DNA of 64,000 nucleotides from positions 722,420-786,419 of the forward strand of contig OZ251448.1 of NCBI GenBank assembly GCA_965242515.1, read 5' to 3'. Origin of the DNA: Bdellovibrionales bacterium (GTDB lineage: Bacteria; Bdellovibrionota; Bdellovibrionia; Bdellovibrionales; UBA1609). A model generated the notes under the pieces. That model saw nothing but the letters and a program-made list of their open reading frames with translations. It was not told the origin of the DNA and searched no databases. Position 1 is the stretch's first letter, and every line of letters starts with the position of its first letter. Made by a program: the position numbers and the translations under genes. Shown piece by piece: positions 1 through 10,689 of this stretch.

Positions 1-1250
1 TTCCACTGACTAGTGTTCAAAAGCGACTTTTTTTTAGAATTATTATTATTATTATTGACTACAGCATCCCAAACATCATCGTGATGAGACATCACACTAT
101 CTTTATTATTAGGTACAGCTACTCGGCAATAAGAATCATGAACATATTCATCCGATAGACCTGTTAAATGTAAAATCTCATGCACTGTAGCCCCACAATC
201 AATATTAGCACTATAACCACCCATATTAGATAACATACTTTTACTGCCAATAGCAATAGTACGAGAGGGTGTTTGATGTTTTGGTTTTTTATAAGCTGAA
301 CATTCTGAATAGTAGGGTGAAAATGGTTCTGTGGTGGACTTTTTTTTAGCCTTATTGGCTATGGGTTTAGTAATACGGATAGATAGTTTTTCGCCATTAG
401 GCCCTAATAAATGTTTATTAGCTTTTTTTAAACAATTTTGAATAAATTGCCTATAATGTTCAGGGGCTTTATCTTTTGGCACATCCCCATCATATTTATT
501 ATCAATAACAAGTTTGATAGGAAATGTAATAGAATAACTGTCAGGGCGATGTTTTTTAATACGATAAGGAATAGTTAAAGGCCATTGAGGATGGTTAGGG
601 TAAATCATTTTACTTTCTCCCACTTCTAACTCTTCGCATTCTGGATGCAATAATTTAAGCACTTGAATAGGCTTAAAAGGACTATGTACTTCAGAAAAAA
701 CATTATTACTTATCGCACAATCTATACAATTAGCTGTGGCAGAAGTGTTAGATGATGGGTCTTGCCCGTAGACTAAATCTCCTATACCTTTCATTCTGCT
801 TTGAATAATATCTATATCTTTTTTGATTTGCATACATTCTGCACTTTCACGATGGGGATGATGCAAACAACTTTTTGGCAACCTTCTATTAGCTACTTCT
901 TTCGCCATGGCATTAATGATATCTTTTTGACAGTAATGATGAGTAGATTTTACTTTATTATATAGTTGTTGATATTGTGTGTCAGTAGAATCAATAAGAT
1001 GTTTCCCCATAGTAGAAGGCTCACAGTTATTATCGCATTGCTCAGCTATATTACTAAAAGTACTTTCAAAAAAAGACCCTATACCTGTGATTATATTATT
1101 GATAGAGTTTTGATCTCTACTATAAGCTTTCGGATCACGGATAGGTTTAATCTCTGGCTTATGAGACGACTCTTCAGCGTGAACATAAAATGCTGTGTTT
1201 AATACCAAAGCAAAACAAAAAAAGTAAATTAAAACACAAAGCCTAACCAT
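1..1250 (-). CDS. secreted zinc metalloprotease, metzincin-like (C-terminal part runs off the left window edge)
   Basis: Absent from the ORF track because it is truncated by the window edge. My reverse-strand translation from ATG (complement of 1248-1250) stays open to position 1. N-terminus MVRLCVLIYFFCFALVLNTAFYVHAEE looks like a signal peptide. GATVHEILHLTGLSDEY (complement of ~150-182) fits HExxHxxGxxD. The start overlaps the stop of the upstream ORF by 22 nt. Confidence 0.6.
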   Translation of the reverse strand, partial: MVRLCVLIYFFCFALVLNTAFYVHAEESSHKPEIKPIRDPKAYSRDQNSINNIITGIGSFFESTFSNIAEQCDNNCEPSTMGKHLIDSTDTQYQQLYNKVKSTHHYCQKDIINAMAKEVANRRLPKSCLHHPHRESAECMQIKKDIDIIQSRMKGIGDLVYGQDPSSNTSATANCIDCAISNNVFSEVHSPFKPIQVLKLLHPECEELEVGESKMIYPNHPQWPLTIPYRIKKHRPDSYSITFPIKLVIDNKYDGDVPKDKAPEHYRQFIQNCLKKANKHLLGPNGEKLSIRITKPIANKAKKKSTTEPFSPYYSECSAYKKPKHQTPSRTIAIGSKSMLSNMGGYSANIDCGATVHEILHLTGLSDEYVHDSYCRVAVPNNKDSVMSHHDDVWDAVVNNNNNNSKKKSLLNTSQW

Positions 1251-2014
1251 AAACCTACAGAGAATATCCATAAATCACCCCGAATAAGATGATGAATCAT
1301 TTCTGAATTAGTATTATTATTAAGTGAGCTTCTTAAACTAAACTCCGATAACCCTAAAAGAGGTTTGTGAACACCTAATTCCATATTTAAAAAAAACTGA
1401 TCCATTAGCAAAAAAGCATAACCAATATGAAAAGTAGGACCATGGTTTAACATATCTACATGAAATATATTTTGCTCACCAGTTGTTTTATTATTAGCAA
1501 CATTTACCGTATAGTCAAATACTTTTTTTATCCTTTGTGCATTCATTGTAAGTTCCTCACCCCATACCATAAGCCGATAGCCTAGTTCTATGTAAGCTCC
1601 TTCATCTACATGTTTTGCCCACCCTAATCTAGCATCAAACACAACAGAATGAGTCATAAGCTCTACTAATGTTTGCTCATAATGATCCAGAGGAAAATGA
1701 AATTGCTTAAGTAATCTTTCTCTTAGCTTCATAAAAGCTGATATAGCAAAACCCGCACCACCCTTAGCATAGTAATGAGGTATTTGAGCAAAATGATACT
1801 GCCCTTGTATACCCATCTGAAAAGGCACATCAGCCCCTAAATTAATTTTGTAAAAATTGCGTTCCATAACTTTTGTGGTTTTTTTACCCATCTTTTTATT
1901 TAGGGGCTGATTATTCCCACTAACATTTTTAGCACTTATGGTTTTAAGATTTATACTTTCCCCCGATACACACAGTGGCACCCATAATAGTATTATTAGT
2001 ATTTTTGTTTTCAT
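1229..2014 (-). CDS. hypothetical secreted / possible outer-membrane beta-barrel protein
   Basis: 261-aa ORF. N-terminal signal-like MKTKILIILLWVPLCVSG. Alternating hydrophobic pattern and C-terminal ...LWLGFVF ending in Phe, as in many OMPs. No family recognised. Confidence 0.45.
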   Translation of the reverse strand: MKTKILIILLWVPLCVSGESINLKTISAKNVSGNNQPLNKKMGKKTTKVMERNFYKINLGADVPFQMGIQGQYHFAQIPHYYAKGGAGFAISAFMKLRERLLKQFHFPLDHYEQTLVELMTHSVVFDARLGWAKHVDEGAYIELGYRLMVWGEELTMNAQRIKKVFDYTVNVANNKTTGEQNIFHVDMLNHGPTFHIGYAFLLMDQFFLNMELGVHKPLLGLSEFSLRSSLNNNTNSEMIHHLIRGDLWIFSVGLWLGFVF

Positions 2015-2042
2015 ATTATATCTTTAACTTATTGTTTAAACT

Positions 2043-3419
2043 TCATAGTTTTTGGATGGTTTGACGAAATTTTTGATCATCTTCTGGCGATAAATAAATA
2101 CGATCCACTAGGTGGATATATTCTTGTTTGTTAAAGGCTCTCATTCTTTCATAAAACGGCATAGCTTTACCTGATGTTTCGTTAATAATATACACAGGAT
2201 TTGTTTGTTGTTCATTATACGGCTTGTCATGTCTGCCTCGTCTCCACTGAAAATCTTTAGAATCCACTAATTCTGGTAAATCATAGTTCACATAAGAAGT
2301 GGAGCTTACGGGAATAAAAAACACATTTTTTTGTTTAAGCCAGTTTTGAACTTTTTTGAGTTTTTCTTTAAACTCTGCTCGTTTTGTATAAGGGTAATTG
2401 AGTTCATAAGACCTTTTAAAGGGTTGTTTTTTAATAATACGATGTGCCCAGGGGTTGCCGTTTTTGCTTGCCATTTTGAGATGTTCAAACAGGGCATCAT
2501 CCGTACAGTGCATATACTCTTTTATATTAGAGGGGATATGAAAACAGCAATCGGGGCTTGCAAAATAGTGATAAAGCATCTCATCCATAGCCACCATTTT
2601 ATTATGAAAATAAAGGGCTAACCCCATGTGCCTTCGACCCAATAAAAAACTTTCTACACTGTAAATAGCCTTTTCCCCTATGGCTAAAAAGGCTTTATTA
2701 TCGTTAATATAAATATGGAGGTTTTTTAATATCCAATCATGCCCGCAAAAGCCATAATCCACACCACAAAAAAACGAATCTCTTTGTAAATAATCAATAC
2801 GATCAGCGTCTACATCGGAACTAATAATTTGCTTTAAAATAGGTTGAAAGTTTATTCCTTCTGAAACAAAAAAATCTTGAGGTTCGGGAGGTACATCTGG
2901 CTCCATTAAATGTACCACACATAAAGGATCAATGCCTAAATTGGCAATCAAGGGGTTTAAATCAGATTCTAAGAGAAATTTGAGCGTATAATGCTCGTGA
3001 CTTGCCCTCATTATACTATTTTGTGTTTTGCTTTGAGAGGGTTTTGGCTGTGGCTTGTGCTTTAAAAAAGGCAAATTTAAGTCTGAAAGACGGGGCATGG
3101 CTTTTTCAGAAATATGAGACAAAGGACCATGACCTACATCATGCAACAAAGCTGCTAAACAAAGTGCCTGCCGAAATTGTTGTTTTTTCTTCTGCGAAAA
3201 AGGGGCATAGTGAGTAAATAACGCATCAAACATACAGCCTGCAACATGGAACACGCCTAAAGAATGTAAAAAACGATTATGCACAGCCCCCGGAAAAGCA
3301 AATTCAGCAAAACCTAACTGCCGGATGTAACGCAACCTCTGAAAAATAGCACTATCTACAATCTGTGCCTCCTCATCAGAGAAAACAATATACTTATGAA
3401 TAGGGTCTAATATACGCAA
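2043..3419 (-). CDS. HD-domain phosphohydrolase (dGTPase/SAMHD1-like family)
   Basis: N-terminus ILDPIHKYIVFSDEE..., HNRFLHSLGV and LLHDVGHGPLSH (H...HD metal site) are typical of HD-domain dNTP triphosphohydrolase-like proteins. Confidence 0.8.
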   Translation of the reverse strand: MRILDPIHKYIVFSDEEAQIVDSAIFQRLRYIRQLGFAEFAFPGAVHNRFLHSLGVFHVAGCMFDALFTHYAPFSQKKKQQFRQALCLAALLHDVGHGPLSHISEKAMPRLSDLNLPFLKHKPQPKPSQSKTQNSIMRASHEHYTLKFLLESDLNPLIANLGIDPLCVVHLMEPDVPPEPQDFFVSEGINFQPILKQIISSDVDADRIDYLQRDSFFCGVDYGFCGHDWILKNLHIYINDNKAFLAIGEKAIYSVESFLLGRRHMGLALYFHNKMVAMDEMLYHYFASPDCCFHIPSNIKEYMHCTDDALFEHLKMASKNGNPWAHRIIKKQPFKRSYELNYPYTKRAEFKEKLKKVQNWLKQKNVFFIPVSSTSYVNYDLPELVDSKDFQWRRGRHDKPYNEQQTNPVYIINETSGKAMPFYERMRAFNKQEYIHLVDRIYLSPEDDQKFRQTIQKL

Positions 3420-3748
3420 AGTTACTCTCTCACACTCCTTATCTTTTATGCCAGTGGTTTTACGACTGTATTTATACTTCTTTATGCCAGTTTATATGCC
3501 TCTTTTTATATGCCTCTTCTAATGCCCTCTTTTAATGCTTAGGCATTTTTTGCCCCACCTATGAAAAAACTTTATATAGCAAAGTTTTATTATAGCAAAA
3601 CGCCTCTATAAGCAAATCTTCTTACACATTTGCAAGTCTTTAGTAACAAAATGGTAAAAAAATCGCCGATAACTGCAAGATAGCTTGACTAAAAGACACT
3701 TTTAGCCCATAACCACTAGAAAGAAACATAATAAAGAGAGGGAAAATA

Positions 3749-5167
3749 ATGTCAGCTCAACTAAGAATGGGCTTAAAATTAGCTCAAAAGTTAAAAATGA
3801 CCCCCCAGCTTCAACAATCTCTCAAATTGTTGACCTTACCTCTTACAGAATTAGAGCAAACCGTACGCAATGAACTTTTAGAAAACCCTGTTTTAGAAGA
3901 AATTCAAGAAACTGTAGAAGACCAAAGCACAGACGAACAACAAAACAAAGAAAATAGTGCTGTTTCTGAAGTCACCAATTGGTTGGAATTCACCAATTCC
4001 AGTGCATTACAAGTAACCCGTTACGATCATCAAAAGCAAAGTGGGGTTTCTGTTGTCAACTGGGAAAATGTTGTATCTACAAGGCAAAGTTTAGCAGATC
4101 ATCTTATGTGGCAAATTCAGATGAGTGGTTTTTCTAATGAAGAAAAAGCCCATCTTACTTTGTTAGTAGACCATTTAGATGAAAACGGTTATTTACGAAC
4201 TTCACTACAAGACATCGCAAAAGAATCTTCTGGCACTAGTATTGCTCAACTTCAATCAGCTTTAAAAATTTTACACACAATGGATCCTAGTGGTGTAGGG
4301 GCTCGTAATTTACAAGAGTGCTTGCTTATTCAAGCTCGTCATAGTCAAGAAGATACAACAGACCTTATCACTTTAATCACCAAACATTTACCAGATTTAG
4401 AGAGTAAAAATTTTAAGCTCATTGCAAAAGCTATGAATTTACAAGAAGAAGAGGTGATGGATCTTTACAAAATCATCAATTCTATGGAGCCAAAACCTGG
4501 GCGACAGTTTGTATCACAACCTACTCAATATGTTACACCTGATGTATATATCACTAAGGATACAGATGGGTATAAAGTATCTCTCAATGAAGACAGTTTA
4601 CCGCATTTAAAAATTGCTGGTATTTATCAAGACATGTTAAAAGGGTTAGAAAAAGAGCAAAACAATGTTATTAATTCAACACAAAAATACTTGCGTCATA
4701 AAATGAATTCAGCTTTATGGCTTATTCGCTCTTTAAATCAACGGCAAAAAACTATTTTTGAAGTTACTTCTGCTATTGTTCGTCATCAAAAAGCTTTTTT
4801 AGACAAAGGTCCCATGGGTATTAAACCACTAATATTACAACAAATTGCTGACGAAGTAGGTGTGCATCAATCTACTGTCAGTCGCATTACTACCAATAAG
4901 TATGCTCACACACCTCAAGGTATTTATGAGTTAAAGTATTTTTTTAACACTGGTATTCAAACAGAAAATGGCGATTATATTACAGGAGAGCAAGTGAAGT
5001 GTCATATTCAATCTTGCATTCAAAACGAAGATAAAAAACATCCTTTATCTGATATTGCTTTAGGTCAGCTTCTACAAAAAGATTTAGGTGTCAGCTTAGG
5101 GCGAAGGACTATTATTAGGTATAGAGAGTTACTGAAAATCCCTGCTCCCAACCAAAGGCAGAGTTAA
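3749..5167 (+). CDS. rpoN: RNA polymerase sigma-54 factor
   Basis: N-terminal Gln/Leu-rich region I (MGLKLAQKLKMTPQLQQSLKLLTLPLTELEQ). C-terminal HTH (IADEVGVHQSTVSRI) and RpoN box (GRRTIIRYRE). Confidence 0.95.
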   Translation: MSAQLRMGLKLAQKLKMTPQLQQSLKLLTLPLTELEQTVRNELLENPVLEEIQETVEDQSTDEQQNKENSAVSEVTNWLEFTNSSALQVTRYDHQKQSGVSVVNWENVVSTRQSLADHLMWQIQMSGFSNEEKAHLTLLVDHLDENGYLRTSLQDIAKESSGTSIAQLQSALKILHTMDPSGVGARNLQECLLIQARHSQEDTTDLITLITKHLPDLESKNFKLIAKAMNLQEEEVMDLYKIINSMEPKPGRQFVSQPTQYVTPDVYITKDTDGYKVSLNEDSLPHLKIAGIYQDMLKGLEKEQNNVINSTQKYLRHKMNSALWLIRSLNQRQKTIFEVTSAIVRHQKAFLDKGPMGIKPLILQQIADEVGVHQSTVSRITTNKYAHTPQGIYELKYFFNTGIQTENGDYITGEQVKCHIQSCIQNEDKKHPLSDIALGQLLQKDLGVSLGRRTIIRYRELLKIPAPNQRQS

Positions 5168-5189
5168 ACAAGTGTGAACTTGACAATTT

Positions 5190-6392
5190 GTGAGTTGGTT
5201 TATGAGAGATTGTCTTTTTACAAGTGAATCTGTTTCTGAAGGTCATCCAGACAAAATGGCGGACCAAATTAGTGACGCCATCTTAGATGCTTTTTTAACT
5301 CGAGACCGCTTAAGTCGTGTAGCTTGCGAAGTTATGTTGACTAAGGATTTAATCATCATTGGTGGTGAATTTACTAGTAAAGAAACGATAGATATTCAAA
5401 AACAAGCAAGATCGGTGGTGCGTCACATTGGTTATGACGATATTAAAAAAGGGTTTGACTACAAGTCGTGTTCTATTTTAGATGCTATGCATGCACAAAG
5501 TAAAGATATAAGTGCCGGTGTAGGGCATGGCAAGTCTCAAGGGGCGGGCGACCAAGGTATGGTATTTGGCTACGCTGTAGACGAAACAAAAGAGTACATG
5601 CCTTTAAGTATTGACTTATGCCATAAAATGATGAAAGCTTTATCTCAATTAAGAAGAACAAATACTTGGGCTAAAAAGCATATATGGCCGGATAGTAAAA
5701 GTCAGGTAACAGTGCAGTATGAAAATGGTAGAGTGGTACATATTCCATCTTTAGTGGTATCCACACAGCATGCTCCTAATGTAACTATAAAACAGTTAAA
5801 AGAATTTTTAACAGAAGAGGTGATTGACAAAGTTTTACCTCGTTCATTGACAAAAAAACCTCAAAAAATATTTATCAATCCTACGGGGCGATTTGTAGTA
5901 GGGGGACCTTGTGGAGATTGTGGCTTAACGGGGCGAAAGATTATTGTAGACACTTACGGAGGGCATGGGGCTCATGGGGGAGGGGGTTTTTCTGGTAAAG
6001 ACCCTTCTAAAGTGGATCGCTCAGCAGCTTATGCCACTCGCCACATTGCTAAAAACATTGTAGCAGCAGGTTTAGCTAAAAAATGTTTAGTACAAGTAGC
6101 TTATGCCATAGGGGTAGCTCAACCAGTTAGTTTTATGATAGAAGATTACGGCACTTTAACAGTATCTAAAAACAAATTATTAGATATAGTTAAAAAGCTA
6201 TGGGATTTAAGCCCAGCGGGCATTATTGCAGAGTATGATTTATTAAAGCCTATTTATTTAGCAACAGCCTCTTACGGGCATTTTGGTCGTAAAGAAAAAC
6301 ATTTTAAATGGGAACAATTAGATAAGGTATCTGCTTTACAAGATGCTTTTTCTAAAACTAATAATCCTCAAAAAAGGAGGCATTTTGCGTAA
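5190..6392 (+). CDS. metK: S-adenosylmethionine synthetase
   Basis: FTSESVSEGHPDKMADQISDAILDA, GAGDQGMVFGYA and GGGFSGKDPSKVDRSAAY motifs. GTG at 5190 or ATG at 5202 are both possible starts. Confidence 0.95.
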   Translation: MSWFMRDCLFTSESVSEGHPDKMADQISDAILDAFLTRDRLSRVACEVMLTKDLIIIGGEFTSKETIDIQKQARSVVRHIGYDDIKKGFDYKSCSILDAMHAQSKDISAGVGHGKSQGAGDQGMVFGYAVDETKEYMPLSIDLCHKMMKALSQLRRTNTWAKKHIWPDSKSQVTVQYENGRVVHIPSLVVSTQHAPNVTIKQLKEFLTEEVIDKVLPRSLTKKPQKIFINPTGRFVVGGPCGDCGLTGRKIIVDTYGGHGAHGGGGFSGKDPSKVDRSAAYATRHIAKNIVAAGLAKKCLVQVAYAIGVAQPVSFMIEDYGTLTVSKNKLLDIVKKLWDLSPAGIIAEYDLLKPIYLATASYGHFGRKEKHFKWEQLDKVSALQDAFSKTNNPQKRRHFA

Positions 6393-6444
6393 CATCCATT
6401 ATCGTATACAAAACCATTTATTTAATATAGGTGATATATAAGTC

Positions 6445-8772
6445 ATGATAAAAAAAGATTCTTTTAAAAAAAACATTAATAAACAATCTCTACTTTATCA
6501 CAGTCAAGAGCCAAAGGGTAAAATCCAAGTGGGACCCACTAAAGCGGTAGATACAGATTATGATTTATCTTTAGCTTACAGTCCGGGGGTGGCAGCCCCT
6601 TGTGTGGCTATTGCTAAAAACCCTGCTTTAGTGTATGAGTACACAATTAAGAGCAATTTAGTAGCGGTTATTAGCAATGGTAGTGCCGTGCTGGGTTTAG
6701 GTAATATTGGTCCATTAGCTGCAAAGCCTGTTATGGAAGGCAAGGGTATTTTATTTAAACAATTTGCTGGTATCAATGTGTTTGACATTGAGTTAAAAGC
6801 TCAAACGGTAGAAGAGTTTATTTCTATTTGCCAAGCATTAGAGCCTACTTTTGGTGGCATTAATTTAGAAGATATAGCTGCTCCTCTTTGTTTTGAGATA
6901 GAAAAGCAATTAGAAGAAAAACTCAACATCCCTGTATTTCACGATGACCAACATGGCACGGCTATTATTACAGCAGCGGCGTTGTTAAATGCCTGTCATA
7001 TTCAGAAAAAAAAGCTCAGTAAAATCCGGGTGGTATTTAATGGGGCAGGGGCTGCGGGTATTGCGTGTGCTAGATTGTTACTAAGTTTAGGTGTAAAAAA
7101 GCATCATATTATTATGTGTGATTCGAAGGGTGTTATTCATACTGACAGAAAAGAAAACATGAATATTTATAAACAAGAATTTGCTATTCGCACTCGTCAA
7201 CGCACTTTAGAAGAGGCTTTATATAAAGCGGATGTATTTATTGGTTTATCGGTAAAAGATGTACTAACGGCTGACATGTTAAAAAGCATGAGTAAAAGAC
7301 CTATTGTATTTGCTATGGCCAATCCGGATCCGGAAATTACGCCACAAAAAGCCCGAGCGGCTGTACCGGATGCCATTATTGCCACAGGAAGGAGTGATTA
7401 CCCTAATCAGGTCAACAATGTATTAGGTTTTCCGTCTATTTTTCGTGGAGCATTAGATGTGCAGGCCACTCATATTAACGAAGCGATGAAAAAAGCAGCT
7501 GTATTTGCTTTAGCTGATTTAGCCAGAGAAGATGTGCCAGACAATGTCTCTAGGGCTTATCAGAATGAGGTATTTCATTTCGGACCTAATTACATTTTAC
7601 CTAAGCCATTTGACATGAGGGTATTGACTAGGGTGGCACCAGAGGTGGCAAAAGCCGCTATGGAATCGGGGGTGGCACAAAAGCCCATTAAAGATTTTGA
7701 AAAATACAAACAACGGTTAGCCAACTTTCAAAGTCGGAGGAGAGGTTTTATTCGTCAAATTATCAATCGGGTAAGAAATACAGCAAAGGTCAAAAAATGG
7801 GACAAAGCTCGTATTGTTTTCCCTGAAGGTAGTAGTAAGCGTACTTTAAAAGCACTTAACACATTAATGAATGAAAACTTACTACACCCTGTATTGTTAG
7901 GGGATTCTCAAGAAATTAAACATCTCATACAAGAAATGGAATTAGACGAGCTTAGTAATATGAAAAATGTTGATATTATCAACCCTTCTGGTAGTACATT
8001 ACTTAATCAGTATATGAATACTTTTTATCAGTTAAAAAAAAGAAAGGGGATTTTAAAAAAAGAAGCAGCAAGGCTTATGACAGATCCAAATTATTTTGGT
8101 GCTATGATGGTGCATCTGAACCAAGCTGATGGGCTGATTACAGGGGCGACACAAAACTATGTAGACAGTGTGAGACCTATTTTACAAATTATTGGCACGG
8201 GGAAAAGAAAGATTGCATCTGGGATGAACATTATTTTAATTAACGATCAGATTTTATTTTTTGCTGACACGACGGTGAACATCAATCCCAGTGCAAAAGA
8301 TGTAGCCAATATTGCTGTTCACACAGCTCGGGTGGCACAGGGGATGGACATTCAGCCTAGGATTGCGATGCTTAGTTTTTCTAATTTCACCAGTCGTCAG
8401 GAAAACCCTAAAAAAATGAAAGAAGCTGCTGACTTAGTTAAACAGTGGTATCCGGATTGGATAGTGGATGGGGAGATGCAGGCTGACACAGCGGTAAATC
8501 CTCACATTATTAAGCATATTTTCCCTTTTTGCCCTATACAACAGGGGGCTAATGTATTGTTATTTCCTAATTTAGATGCAGGCAATATTGCTTATAAGTT
8601 AGTACAGCAATTAGGGTCAGGGGAAGTATTAGGACCATTTTTAATGGGAGTTAATAAACCAGCTAATGTATTACAAAGAACATGTACTACGGAGGAGGTT
8701 GTGAACACAATAGTTATGACTTGTTTAAAAATACAAGTGTATAAAGAACGATCAGAAAAAAAACCTTTTTAA
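6445..8772 (+). CDS. maeB: NADP-dependent malic enzyme (malic enzyme domain + phosphotransacetylase-like domain)
   Basis: 775 aa. N-terminal malic-enzyme motifs ([34 protein letters not shown]) followed by a PTA-like C-terminal half. Confidence 0.9.
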   Translation: MIKKDSFKKNINKQSLLYHSQEPKGKIQVGPTKAVDTDYDLSLAYSPGVAAPCVAIAKNPALVYEYTIKSNLVAVISNGSAVLGLGNIGPLAAKPVMEGKGILFKQFAGINVFDIELKAQTVEEFISICQALEPTFGGINLEDIAAPLCFEIEKQLEEKLNIPVFHDDQHGTAIITAAALLNACHIQKKKLSKIRVVFNGAGAAGIACARLLLSLGVKKHHIIMCDSKGVIHTDRKENMNIYKQEFAIRTRQRTLEEALYKADVFIGLSVKDVLTADMLKSMSKRPIVFAMANPDPEITPQKARAAVPDAIIATGRSDYPNQVNNVLGFPSIFRGALDVQATHINEAMKKAAVFALADLAREDVPDNVSRAYQNEVFHFGPNYILPKPFDMRVLTRVAPEVAKAAMESGVAQKPIKDFEKYKQRLANFQSRRRGFIRQIINRVRNTAKVKKWDKARIVFPEGSSKRTLKALNTLMNENLLHPVLLGDSQEIKHLIQEMELDELSNMKNVDIINPSGSTLLNQYMNTFYQLKKRKGILKKEAARLMTDPNYFGAMMVHLNQADGLITGATQNYVDSVRPILQIIGTGKRKIASGMNIILINDQILFFADTTVNINPSAKDVANIAVHTARVAQGMDIQPRIAMLSFSNFTSRQENPKKMKEAADLVKQWYPDWIVDGEMQADTAVNPHIIKHIFPFCPIQQGANVLLFPNLDAGNIAYKLVQQLGSGEVLGPFLMGVNKPANVLQRTCTTEEVVNTIVMTCLKIQVYKERSEKKPF

Positions 8773-8858
8773 CCCATACCTACACTTAATAACACAAAAA
8801 AACACTTTGATTTTTTTAATATTTAGATATAGAATAAACACTCTTGGAGAAGTAAGGT

Positions 8859-10025
8859 ATGAATTTTGTGGCTGTACATCCAGCTATTTTGCGTTGGGCA
8901 AAAAAACGAAGTGGTCAAAGCACTCAGTACCTCTATAAAAAATTTCCTAAATTAAAATCATGGGAAGAGGGTAAAATAAAACCCACATTAAAGCAGTTGG
9001 AAAAATTTACCAAAGCAGTTCATATTCCTATAGGTTATCTATTTTTAGATAAGCCTCCTATTGAAAAAACTCCTATTCCTGATTTTCGTAAAATGCCTAA
9101 CACAAAGCAAAAAAAACCAAGCCCTAACTTATTAGATACACTTTATATTTGTCAACAGCGTCAAAATTGGTATAAAAATTATCTGCATTCTATGAGAGAG
9201 CAACCCTTAGACTTTATTGGCTCTGTTCAACCTTTATCTAATAATATTATTAAAACTGCTGAATGCATCCGTAAAATTTTACACTTTAAAATTGAGGAAA
9301 GGCAAAGTTTAAGTACATGGACCAGTACTCTTAATCAATTAATTGAACAAGCCAATTCTGCAGGTATTCTAGTTATGGTCAACGGAATTGTAGGAAATAA
9401 TACCAATCGTAAATTAAATCCGGAAGAATTCCGTGGCTTTGCTTTATCTGATTCTTTAGCTCCTTTGATTTTTATTAACGGAGCTGATACTAAAGCAGCT
9501 CAAATGTTCACAATAGCTCATGAATTAGCCCATTTATGGATCGATAAAACAGGTTTATCTAATGCTCAAGCTCTTTCTATCTCTAATCATCAAATTGAAA
9601 GTTGGTGTAATAAAGTAGCAGCAGAATTGCTTGTACCTTTTAATATTATTAGTCAACAGTTTAATAATAAAAAAATACAATCTGATTTTAATAATGAAGT
9701 TCAACGGCTTGCAAAATACTTTAAGGTGAGTTCTTTAGTAATTTTGCGTCGTCTTTATGATATAAAAAAACTAGAAGCTAAAAAATTTAATAAACTTTAT
9801 AACAAAGAGCTAACAAAATTACGTACGATCCAAAAGAGCAAACAAAGTAGTGGTGGAGATTTTTTTCTCACTTTAGAGGCTCGTGCCAATCCTCATTTTA
9901 TGAAAGCATTGGTATCTCATACTTTAGAAGGTTACACTCCTTTTAGGGAATCGTTCCAATTACTTGGCATCAAGAAAATGGCAACTTTTAAAAAAATTGG
10001 AAAAAACTTTGGAATAAATTGTTAA
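8859..10025 (+). CDS. XRE-type HTH + ImmA/IrrE-family zinc metallopeptidase
   Basis: N-terminal HTH-like segment, then HELAHLW (HExxH) preceded by FTIA, typical of ImmA/IrrE peptidases. Stop overlaps the next start (TAATG at 10023-10027). Confidence 0.8.
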   Translation: MNFVAVHPAILRWAKKRSGQSTQYLYKKFPKLKSWEEGKIKPTLKQLEKFTKAVHIPIGYLFLDKPPIEKTPIPDFRKMPNTKQKKPSPNLLDTLYICQQRQNWYKNYLHSMREQPLDFIGSVQPLSNNIIKTAECIRKILHFKIEERQSLSTWTSTLNQLIEQANSAGILVMVNGIVGNNTNRKLNPEEFRGFALSDSLAPLIFINGADTKAAQMFTIAHELAHLWIDKTGLSNAQALSISNHQIESWCNKVAAELLVPFNIISQQFNNKKIQSDFNNEVQRLAKYFKVSSLVILRRLYDIKKLEAKKFNKLYNKELTKLRTIQKSKQSSGGDFFLTLEARANPHFMKALVSHTLEGYTPFRESFQLLGIKKMATFKKIGKNFGINC

Positions 10026-10513
10026 TGGTTTATTTACTAGATGCTAATATTTTTATTCAAGCTAAAAATCTACATTATGGGATGGATTTTTGTCCTGCTT
10101 TCTGGGACTGGATTATTAAAAGTAATGCTAAAAAAAAATTATTCAGTATTGAAAAAGTAGAAGATGAATTAAAAGCCATAGAAGATGATTTATCTAAATG
10201 GGCAAAAAAAAGAGGGAATATTTTTTTTTTAAAACCTGATGAACTAGTATTACAAGCTTTAGCAGAAATTAGCCGTTGGATAAACAAGCAAGATTATGAA
10301 AGTGGAGCTAAAAATATATTCCTTCAAGGTGCAGATTATTACCTTATAGCTCAAGCAAAATCAAAACAATACACTATCGTTACACATGAAATACCTTCTG
10401 ATTCAAAGAAAAAAATTAAGATCCCGAATGTTTGTATTGGACTTCAAATAAAATATATAACACCTTATGAAATGCTAAGAAAAGAAAAAGCTCAATTTAT
10501 ACTCAAAACTTAA
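10025..10513 (+). CDS. DUF4411-family (PIN-like) protein, partner of the ImmA/IrrE gene
   Basis: N-terminus (M)VYLLDANIFIQAKNLHYGMDFCPAFWDWI matches my recollection of the DUF4411 N-terminal signature. The track starts at TTG 10019; ATG 10025 gives the TAATG coupling. Confidence 0.7.
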   Translation: MVYLLDANIFIQAKNLHYGMDFCPAFWDWIIKSNAKKKLFSIEKVEDELKAIEDDLSKWAKKRGNIFFLKPDELVLQALAEISRWINKQDYESGAKNIFLQGADYYLIAQAKSKQYTIVTHEIPSDSKKKIKIPNVCIGLQIKYITPYEMLRKEKAQFILKT

Positions 10514-10689
10514 AAACAACCTGTTTCAGTTATATTGAATGTTAAAATATTTTAGTATAGACATAACCAGGGCGTCTTAATAAATTAAAAGTATCAATAT
10601 AATAAATATTTTTATTAGAAGTAGAAGCACAAGCTTCGGCTAATAAACCTTTTTTAGCTTTTGTATTCCAAAAAGGATGAATAATAATA

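Noticed and set aside
966-1202. Track ORF 966..1202 (+)
   Set aside because: It is antisense to the much longer metalloprotease frame, which carries a signal peptide and the HExxHxxGxxD motif.
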